64,000 bases of DNA from assembly GCA_010909165.1 (NCBI GenBank), contig MU008182.1, forward strand, positions 620,001 to 684,000, given 5' to 3'. The notes beneath the pieces are model-generated. The model ran no database searches. It had not been told where the DNA came from and saw nothing but the letters and a program-made list of their open reading frames with translations. This document shows, piece after piece, positions 1 to 9,490 of the stretch. The translations under genes and the position numbers were made by a program. The first letter of the stretch is position 1, and each line of letters opens with the position of its first letter. This stretch comes from Anthoceros angustus (lineage: Eukaryota; Plantae; Anthocerotophyta).

Positions 1-312
1 TTGGGAGCTACACTCTTGTGAGAATAGGACTGTGGTGCCTAAAGGCCTTGGGAGCCTAGAGTGTGAGCGTGCTAGAGAAGAGTTGTTTGAAGAGGAGATC
101 AAGGGGAGAGAGATAAGCTCCTAGCTTAGGCAAAGATGGGGAGCTCTCTTTGATCTCTCATGTATTCTTGTTGACTCTTGCTGGAATAAAACACAGGCCG
201 GCCGACGCGAGTCGTCCGTGGAAGGACAGCTGGCTACTTGGCCTAGTGCGGTGTCCGGTGATGGTTTTGTCACTAAGCTGCGTGGCCTCCACCGCTAAAA
301 GGGTGTTACTTG

Positions 313-324
313 TGGTATTAGAGC
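313..324 (+). promoter_or_regulatory. Primer-binding-site-like motif (tRNA-iMet); second copy at 2570-2581
   Basis: TGGTATTAGAGC directly after GGGTGTTAC, the usual LTR/PBS arrangement of plant LTR elements. Confidence 0.6.
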
Positions 325-1012
325 TCAAGGTTGAAGCATCTTTTAGCTAGGGCGTTAGCGGAGATGGCTGATTCTCAAGAGCCAGCAGCGAGAGTAGCAG
401 CGGAAGAAGAGAGAAGGCTCCTATGTTGGAGACCGCAATGGATGAGCCTCAGATGGAGCCACTAATTCCTGGAACGGCAGAGGCAGATACCTCTGGGCCG
501 AAGACCGCCACCATGCCACAAGAGGAGCTTCAAAATCTTTTGAGGAGAATGGAAGCTAAAGAGCAATAAGTATAAGGAAAAAGAAAGCTCGCCCTACTAG
601 AAAGAGGGGTGTTTTACAAAACCCCTTTTGCAAATCCCTTTTGACTGGAGGTGCTACCTCCTTCCTTGTCGTCCATGCTTGCGCGCAGCCGCAAGGCGAA
701 CATGAAGAATGATCGACGTGATTCCCGGGCGGAGCAATCCGCCAGTTGGTGGAGGACGATCAATTTTGGCTTCATGCTCTTGCCATACCGCACGGGTTGC
801 TAAGTACACGTGGTACCAATGCTCAATTCACGTTGAATTTTGTCATGTATCTCCTTCGTTGTGGGACGAGATAGCGAGATTGTGCAGACACTCGTCGAAG
901 ATCGACCGACTGACTCCCATCTCGCGTATCGAGAAGTTCACCAAGATTCTACTCTCATTGCGCCCAAGGTGCCCACCGTACTCCATAACGCTTTTGTTTT
1001 GGCTCTTATTAT

Positions 1013-1418
1013 GCTGCAATTCTATGGTGCTGATGCTCTGCAATTCTATGGTGATGATGCTCTGCAATTCTATGGTGCTGATGCTCTGCAATTCTATGGT
1101 GCTGATGCTTTGCAATTCTATGGTGCTGATGCTCTGCAATTCTATGGTGCTGATGCTGTGCAATTCTATGGTGCTGATGCTCTGCAATTCTATGGTGCTG
1201 ATGCTCTGCAATTCTATGGTGCTGATGCTCTGCAATTCTATGGTGCTGATGCTCTGCAATTCTATGGTGCTGATGCTCTGCAATTCTATGGTGCCGGCGA
1301 TGCTGCAGTTCTATGGTGATGCTCGCAATTCTGTGTCGATGCTGCGCTTATGGTGCTGATGCTCTGCAATTCTATGGTGCTGATGCTCTGCAATTCTATG
1401 GTGCTGATGCTCTGCAAT
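1013..1418. repeat. 24-bp minisatellite (GCAATTCTATGGTGCTGATGCTCT)n; degraded copy ~3283-3600
   Basis: Directly visible tandem array without spacers; it generates the LQFYGADA / MVLMLCNS shadow ORFs. Confidence 0.95.
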
Positions 1419-1525
1419 TCTTGTTACGCTCAGATGGCAACATAGCGGGGTGTGCAGTGGAGCCCCCGGATGCTGTTGATGATGTTTTTTTCCTCCCACC
1501 CTGACAATCCAAGTGTTTGTTGGGT

Positions 1526-1610
1526 CCCTACCAGCATGTGCGAACCTGAATTTCCCACAACTATGTCAAACGTAGTTGTGGGAAATTCAGGTTCACACAT
1601 GCTGGTAGGG
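1526..1610. repeat. 85-nt inverted repeat/hairpin (38-bp arms, 9-nt loop); degraded copy ~3683-3760
   Basis: CCCTACCAGCATGTGCGAACCTGAATTTCCCACAACTA pairs with TAGTTGTGGGAAATTCAGGTTCACACATGCTGGTAGGG with one mismatch. Confidence 0.9.
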
Positions 1611-2020
1611 CGTGAAGAGATAGAAGCGCAAGGCACTTAGGCTATTGTTGAGAGGGCCTCAGTGGCTGTCCTCCTCTTGCTGCCTGAATTTAGAAGCGCT
1701 GAGTACTGTGTGTGAGCATTGGTGTAGGGATGGGTTGGATTATGCCTGTGATGGAGACTTTGCTTTTGCAACTGGATGCACTCACTGATTGTTGAAAGAG
1801 GACTGCTGGACTGTGAAATGTTTGTCCCAGAGTGATTGTGATGCTATCGAAGTATGTGTATATGCCTCCTGCCAAGGTTGTGTGCTCGTTTTGGCTTGAA
1901 ATTTTGCAACTTTGTAATGATGGATCAAGGATTTTGCTCCTGGAGGAGGTTGAGGAATCTAGCTAAGGCTTTGGGGCAGACATTTTGGTGGAAGCTGTGC
2001 TCTAGACCCGACTTGACTTT

Positions 2021-2170
2021 ACCATTTTGGTGGGGTTGCTTATGGCGTGTCAAGTTCTTTATTTTTGGTGGGGCTGGTTATTGCGTGTCAAGTTCTTTAT
2101 TTTTGGTGGGGCTGCTTGTGGTGTATCAAGTTCTTTACCATTTTGGTGGGGCTGCTTGTGGTGTGTCAAG
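2021..2170. repeat. 40-bp tandem repeat (ACCATTTTGGTGGGGCTGCTTGTGGTGTRTCAAGTTCTTT); second array 4146-4303
   Basis: About 4 copies visible in each unit. Confidence 0.9.
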
Positions 2171-4992
2171 TCTGGTGTCGTGTAAGCTAATCTCGCTTTG
2201 GCTCTATTGGATTTTTTATCATCTTATATTCCTCTTCACATGCATGTTGTCATGACCCCGCATATGATGGCCTTCAAAATCCGTGAGAATAGGATCTGGT
2301 GCCTAAAGGCCTTGGGAGCCTAGAGTGTGAGCGTGCTAGAGAAGAGTTGTTTGAAGAGGAGATCAAGGGGAGAGATAAGCTCCTAGCTTAGGCAAAGATG
2401 GGGAGCTCTCTTTGATCTCTCATGTATTCTTGTTGACTCTTGGAATAAACACAGGCCGGCCGACGCGAGTCGTCCTGGAAGGACAGCTGGCTACTTGGCC
2501 TAGTGCGGTGTCCGGTGATGGTTTTGTCACTAAGCTGCGTGGCCTCCACCGCTAAAAGGGTGTTACTTGTGGTATTAGAGCTCAAGGTTGAAGCATCTTT
2601 TAGCTAGGGCGTTAGCGGAGATGGCTGATTCTCAAGAGCCAGCAGCGAGAGTAGCAGCGGAAGAAGAGAGAAGGCTCCTATGTTGGAGACCGCAATGGAT
2701 GAGCCTCGATGGAGCCACTAATTCTGGAATCGGCAGAGGCGTATACCTCAAGACCGGCCACCATGCCACAAGAGGAGCTTCAAAATCTTTTGAGGAGAAT
2801 GGAAGCTAAAGAGCAATAAGTATAAGGAAAAGAAAGCTCGCCTACTAGAAAGAGGGGTGTTTTACAAAACCCTTTGCAAATCCTTTTGACCGGAGGTGCT
2901 ACCTCCTTCCCGCCAGCTTGGCGGCAACCGCAAGGCGAACATGAAGAATGATGCTGACGTGATTCCCAGTTGGCTGGACGATGGCAATCCGCCAGGTTGG
3001 TGGAGGACGATCAATTTTGGCTTCATGCTCTTGCCATACCGCACGGGTTGCTAAGTACACAGTGGTACCCGAATGCTCAATTCACAGTGAATTTTGTCAT
3101 GTATCTCTCCTTCGTTGTGGGACGAGATAGCTGAGATTGTGCAGGACACTCGTCGAAGATCGACTGACTCTGGGACTCCCATCTCGCGTATGCTGAGAAG
3201 TTCACCAGTATTCTACTCTCATTGCAGCCAAGGTGCCCACCGTACCTCCATACTGCTTTTTGTTTCCTTTGGCTCTTATTATGCTGCAATTCTATGGTGC
3301 TGATGCTCTGCAATTCTATGGTGATGATGCTCTGCAATTCTATGGTGCTGATGCTCGCAATTCTATGGTGCGATGCTTTTGCAATTGTGTGGCGATGCGC
3401 AGTTCTATGGTCGATCGTGCAATTCTATGGTGCGATGCGCAATTCTATGGTGCGATGCTCGCATTCTATGGTGCCGATGCTCGCAATTCTGTGCGCGATG
3501 CTCGCAGTTCTATGGTGCCGATGCTCGCAATTCTATGCCGATGCTCGCAATTCTATGGTGCGATGCTCGCAATTCTATGGTCTTGATGCTCGCAATTCTT
3601 GTTACGCCGATGGCAACATAGCGGGGTGCAATGATGCTGTTGATGATGTTTTTTCCTCCCACGACAATCCAAGTGTTTGTTGGGTCTACCGACATGTCGA
3701 CTGAATTTCCCACAACTATGTCAAACGTGGTTGTGGGAAATTCAGTTCACATTGGTAGGGCGTGAAGAGATAGAAGCGCAAGGCACTTAGGCTATTGTTG
3801 AGAGGGCCTCGGTGCATCCTCCTCTTCTTCTGAATTTAGAATAGTCTTGTGTGTGAGCATTGGTGTAGGGATGGGCTGGATGATGCCTGCGATGGAGACT
3901 TTGCTTTTGCAACGGGATGCACTCATTGATTGTTGAAAGAGGACTGCTGGGCTGTGAAATGTTTGTCCCAGAGTGATTGTGATGCTATCAAAGTATGTGT
4001 ATATGCCTCCTGCTAAGGCTGTGTGCTCATTTTGGCTTGAAATTTTGCAACTTTGTAATGATGGATCAAGGATTTTGCTCTTGGAGGAGGTTGAGGAATC
4101 TAGCTAAGGCTTTGGGGCAGAAAGGTGTGCTCTAGACCCGACTTTTCTTTACCATTTTGGTGGGGCTGCTTGTGGCGTGTCAAGTTCTTTACCATTTTGG
4201 TGGGGCTGCTTGTGGTGTATCAAGTTCTTTACCATTTTGGTGGGGCTGCTTGTGGTGTGTCAAGTTCTTTACCATTTTGGTGGGGCTGCTTGTGGTGTGT
4301 CAAGTCTGGTGTCGTGTAAGCTAATCTCGCTTTGGCTCTATTGGATTTTTGACTTGCATCTTATATTCCTCTTCACATGCATGTTGTCATGACCCCGCAT
4401 ATGATGGCCTTCAAATCCGTGAGAATATCTAGTAGGAGGATCATCACAACCTTCAAGTGCAAGCGCCTTGTAAAGATCGCGAACTTACAAGGTGTCGGCG
4501 GATTATGTTACAATATATATTGCCTTCATTTATCCTAATTTTAAGATTTTATGTATGCATTATTTTATGTAAATTTGGTCCCTAATTAGGGGCCAAATTT
4601 AGTTAAAATAATGTGTGTATATATACTGCCCAAAAATTAGGATTTAAATGGAATGGATATAATGTAATTACATTATTAAATTCATAGATATCTAATCTTA
4701 ATTAGATACCTGTTTAGTTAATTCAATAATTATTTTATCAATATTATCATATATTGAATAAATACTCAGTATATTGTATAATATACGTATATAATTTGAT
4801 CTTCATATATTATACCATATAGTATACCTTATGTCAGTACCCGTATGTATGAAAAAGAGATGTATACTATTTTTGTAGAATACATATATATTTTAATGTA
4901 TAAACAACGTTGTAAATCATTGAGACGTGAATTTTCCAAGTTGTAATCTACCTTGTAGATTGTGTTGTAAAACTAGCGATTCGTGAATTTTT

Positions 4993-5270
4993 GAGGTTGT
5001 AAATGAGGTTGTAAATGAGGTTGTAAATGAGGTTGTAAAATATTGTAATTGACCTTGTAAATGACGTTGTAAACCACGTTGGAAACGACGTTGTAAACCA
5101 CGTTATAAACGACGTTGTAAATGATGTTGTAAACGACGCTGTAAACGACGTTGTAAACGACGTTGTAAATGACGTTGTAAACGACGCTGTAAACGACGTT
5201 GTAAACGAGCCCAACGTTGTAAATGAGGTTGTAAATGAGGTTGTAATGTATATTGTAAAATACGTTGTAA
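4993..5270. repeat. 12-bp minisatellite (GTTGTAAAYGAS)n
   Basis: Visible GTTGTAAATGAG/GTTGTAAACGAC array; scattered units continue to ~5420. Confidence 0.9.
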
Positions 5271-6431
5271 ATAGACCCACTTTACAACCTAATTAAGCTG
5301 TCAGACTACAACCTCCTATTAACAACCTATTTTGCAACCTAGATTACAAGGCAACCACGTTGTAAATGGCGTTATCATTTTGGTTGTAAACGAGCCCAAC
5401 GTTGTAAATGGTGTTGTAAACCGGCTACCCGGACACCTTACCCGTCCGATTAGCCGACGTGGCGGCCATGTCAGCAACTTGATGACGTGGCAATCTTGCC
5501 TTCCACATGAAGCTGCTACCACTAGGTAAACTCATATTCACTAAAGTAAAAAATAAGAAAATAGTGCGGGCCACCTCGCTTCACCCTGATGCACTTGCGG
5601 AAACCTGTGACAAAACTCAACCAGACCCCATGCTATGGTTCCTTGCGGTCTATTCTTGCTCCAACCAAACTCCTCCTATTCTATGGATTTAGACTTAGCC
5701 GCTGTTGTCAAGGTGCGATCAAAGCAATTTCTTTATTATGTGCCCTTACGAGCGCACCTCTAGTGTGCTTCATGCATCTTTGGTGATTGGCTCTCGTGGC
5801 AGACCACAGATTTTGATTTTCTATCAGTTGCTTGTCCCCCCTGTAAAAAATATACAGTATACAATATAAATTATTTTACATATAAATTATATATTACTAG
5901 TATATTATATATGTTTACTTGAAATTTTGGTATTCTATAATTATTTTACATATATATTACATATATTATGTAAATTTCGTATATAATGTAAATTACGCAT
6001 GACATGTAATTGCTCGTCACTTAATAGAGATAGATAGCTTGAGTCACTTTTGTTTAGCGATAGATACTGATGTAATTGTTTTTTTTAAGGTTATGTAGGT
6101 TTATGGAAACTATTTAGTAATTTCAATAGTAATTGAAGATTTATTTCAACTACTTCTACAAAGGTTTTGACGGTTCCAAAGGTTTATTTGAAAAACTATT
6201 TCTGTGAAAATATGCAGAGTTTGTTTAAGTTCTTTCTCAGTTGGAGAGAAAATCAAGAATTATATGATAAATTCTGCCGCAAAAAAAGATTGTGATAAAA
6301 AAACATTCTATGCGTGCTCTCGCTACGGTCAAACAATCCTCCTCCGATGATTCGTCTAATTCTCCAGCAAGAATTATTTGAAAACCCTTGATTGTTTCAA
6401 TAAGACTTGCATATTTACCCGGAGAACCCGT

Positions 6432-6569
6432 AGAGCTCGTATGGCGAAGTCTTACTAACGACTAACGACTTAGTAGCCAGAGGACCGCAGAGCTCGTATG
6501 GCGAAGTCTTACTAACGACTAACGACTTAGTAGCCAGAGGACCGCGTAGCCAGAGGACCGCGGTCCTCT
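6432..6569. repeat. 57-bp exact tandem duplication plus partial third copy ending in an 18-bp perfect palindrome
   Basis: 6432-6488 equals 6489-6545; AGAGGACCGCGGTCCTCT at 6552-6569 is self-complementary. Confidence 0.9.
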
Positions 6570-7240
6570 CGATTGATTATCAAATTTACAGGTATAAACT
6601 TATAATTTGATGTAATTTAAGTATAAAAATAAAATACCTTTACGAACTCCTTACCGAGGGGTATAATTACATCGTAATTGACGATAGTAATGTAAGATGT
6701 AAAATAGGTAAATTGTAAAGCCACTAGCCTGTCAACACACCTTGATCCAACCAAAAGGAAAAAAATGCTGCAAAACACACTTGCAGCTCAGCTCATGAAA
6801 CTAGCTTGGAAGACCAGCAGCTCAGCCCGTTGGACAGGTTCTGTAAGAAGAACCTGTCCAACGAGTTTGCAGAAATCTTTGGACAGGTTCTGTAAGAAGA
6901 ACGGGAAACGAGGGCGTTCACGAGGAAAACTGTGGGCAGGTTCTATAAATACAATCACGGTTCTCTCTCCTTGCCTACACAAGGAACAAGAGCGCGTGAG
7001 GAAAACTTTGGGCAATATCCCAGGCCCTGCCTGACACAGTGCAAGATCAATCAGCGGCCCAGGACCCGCCCCGAGCCAGAATGCACCCAGACATCGTCCC
7101 TCCCACATAACCCAGAATCCATGAGAGACATTCCCACATAACCCAGACGTCTTGAATTCAGACAGCTCGATTGTCGAGGGCGGAGGACATGGCACTCAAA
7201 CTTCAGGCTTCTGTTTCCAAGTGTCGTAATGGGAGGACTC

Positions 7241-9234
7241 CTATTGAAGAGAATACCCAGTGGGTTTGCACCACTGCGAGAAGTCGAAGCCATCGGCGAT
7301 GAGCTTGAGTGTCGGTGGTTTTACTCTGTCCAAGAGCTGCAGGAAATAACCAAGTTCCTGTTAGAAGACACGTTTCTGTGCAGCTGAGGAACCCGGCTTA
7401 GCACAAGTTTTGAGATTGCTGGGTAGCATTGCCTTTTCGTGCAGGGACCCGTTGGACACAAGCAGAGAGCGGTCAAACACTGAAAAACTACCACCATCCA
7501 TGCGAGTGACAACTCCTCCAGCCTCCTCAACAATCTGCACAAGTTCCACAGTTGTGTTTCCATTCTTCATGCTCTTCCTGAAAGCTGGAAAGGAAGTGGT
7601 TGATCCAGGACAGCAACTCGGATATGGTTCATACCAGGACTCCGGCAGCCATGTCCCAAGGCTTCAGGCGGTACTCCCAGTACCCATCCACGATTCCCAG
7701 TGCGACATGGCACATGTCGACTGAAGCAGCACCCAGCCGACGGACACCCTGTGAGATTCCACGACAAAGTTGTGAGGCCAAGCGTCTGATGAACGACAAT
7801 GGGCAGGTCCGGTTAGATGCTGCCAGAATCGGTAAGCATACCCGGCTTATGTCTGTGAACTCTTTGAACAGTGCAATGTTGGTTGACCAGGCTTCGTCAT
7901 GCTCGTACCCAAAACCTGTCACTAATAGAGACCTCTCGATCTGCGCAGATGAATGCTATGTGATCAGATGGTTGTTCCGCCTCATACATTGCATTGCCTG
8001 TGCCCATAACAAGCACTCACCTGATCAGTTTTACTAACATGAATTGGGTGGCCATTGCAAAAGGCTCCACCACCTGCAGCATCCAGTGAAACGGGTGAGG
8101 ATTCTCAACAATGATAGTACCGGAAGCCAAGTCAATATTGTGCTCTTCTAGGCTACAGGCTTCATTCTGACGGATAATGCAGATGCATACGAAATGATAG
8201 ACGCAGAACTCTTAGCATGAGATGGGGCTGACTAGTGGGAATCATTGGCAGTTGCCTGCAGAAGCTGTAAATGTTCGAGTAACCCAGCTAAAGGGTCCTC
8301 CTCCAAATTCGACCTGCCATTGCAGACCAAAGCAAGAGGAAATAAGGAACCAAAGAATACAGACCATGCAACCTACAGGATTTATTTAGTGACCAAAATC
8401 ATCAACGAAGGTGAATTTGATTGTCAACTCACCACTGCTGCGGCAGCAGGCCTCCCCTTATGCAGAACAGCTATAGACACACCAAAGCTTGGATAAGAGT
8501 GAGCAAAGTTTGTGGTTCCATCTGGACATGCGCATACATGAACCCACGTCTCGTCAGCTGCTCATGTGCCCAAGAACGACCTGATCCCAGATGTGGTGTA
8601 ACAAGGTAGAAAACCATTCATACCAAGGGGATCCACACACCACAGGTACTCAGAACCAGAGTCTCCGCTAACGCCACCTTCTTCCCCCAGAATCAAGTGA
8701 TCCGGAAAATACTCTCGCAGTGTTTTCAGGATCGCCAATTCAGTCTTTCGATCGGTGCTGAAATACACGCCCAGCCACATCATGAACCCGATGCCAGTTC
8801 CAACTGAAAGCACAAGGCCATGGCATCGTCATCAGTCTTACTCTGTCACCAGGTCCGTAGCTCCCTTGTAGTCAATAGAACGAGGCCTATCCACTGCTGC
8901 CATGACAACCTGCCAACCCAAGCCGCCCACAAACTGAGCACACCCACATCTGAAACAAGCAAGACTACAGAACCGGCCCGAATCCCACCTCAGCTCCATC
9001 CTTGGCTGCAGCTTGCAGCCCCTTGAGCAGCTGCTCTCTGGGCACACCGCCCGTGGAGTCCGCACCAATTCTCCTCCTCTCGTCTGCCACCGACAAGGCA
9101 GCTCTGCAAGACCTGCTCCTCACAGGAGCCCTGAGGCTCAGCCCAATGCTGCAGGCTCCCCGTCTCAGGTGCCTGCCCACAGAGAGCGGCCCGGGCATGG
9201 GCACCCAGGAAATGGCAAACGCGGAGGAAGCCAT
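7241..9234 (-). CDS. IMPL1: Plastid myo-inositol monophosphatase-like protein, 10 exons (9234-8989, 8909-8842, 8757-8624, 8521-8433, ~8315-8256, 8073-8021, 7940-7842, 7748-7635, 7534-7433, 7336-7241)
   Basis: Spliced exons give the IMPase motifs DLVTE, ILGEEGG, WCVDPLDGTTNFAH, RRLGAASVDMCHVALG and KPWDMAAGVLIVEEAGG, plus an N-terminal Ser/Arg-rich transit peptide. Confidence 0.93.
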
Positions 9235-9490
9235 GACGCTCCTTAGCCAACCTCCTTGTCTTTCACGCTAAGCTGACATCACATACCCACAATCTGGATT
9301 GTAGTAGAATGGGAATATGGGCATTGGGAATGATGTTGTAGAACAGATCAACCCATGCGCGCTAATCAGGCATGTGCTTCATTAACCCTAAGTCGACACT
9401 GGAGTCGAGTTGAGTCGACTTGGCAGCAGCATGGTCTTGGCCTGAGGACGACTCCACTGCCGTGGAGTGATAGAGGACATCGATCGGACA

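Larger units (their letters stand above)
18..4427 (+). mobile_element. Tandem pair of a ~2.2 kb degenerate non-autonomous LTR-retrotransposon-derived unit (LTR 3' part, PBS, gag-like remnant, minisatellites)
   Basis: Copy 1 ~18-2282 and copy 2 ~2283-4427 are collinear, with many indels in copy 2. Each has AATAAA, then an LTR-end-like GGGTGTTAC, then TGGTATTAGAGC (1 mismatch to the plant tRNA-iMet PBS TGGTATCAGAGC), then a broken ORF beginning MADSQEPAARV and containing a gag-like SPSLWDEIAEIV stretch. No pol domains seen. Confidence 0.55.

Noticed and set aside
1013-1418. 24-bp array as a CRISPR array
   Set aside because: No spacers, and the window is eukaryotic; it is a head-to-tail minisatellite.
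709-1504. ORFs with LQFYGADA / MVLMLCNS / QSISTIEL repeats
   Set aside because: Shadow translations of a stop-free 24-bp unit, open on both strands; no independent coding evidence.
4425-4500. Hairpin plus CTAG as a Helitron 3' end
   Set aside because: Spacing and flanking base do not fit, and no matching 5' end was found.
4948-5280. 110-aa (SFTT)n ORF
   Set aside because: Product of the 12-bp repeat.
5520-5765. CACTA...TAGTG mini-element
   Set aside because: The inverted repeat does not extend convincingly and the flanks (TAC/TGC) give no 3-bp TSD.
9384-9391. Telo-box in the bidirectional promoter
   Set aside because: AACCCTAA lacks the full AAACCCTA consensus and could occur by chance.
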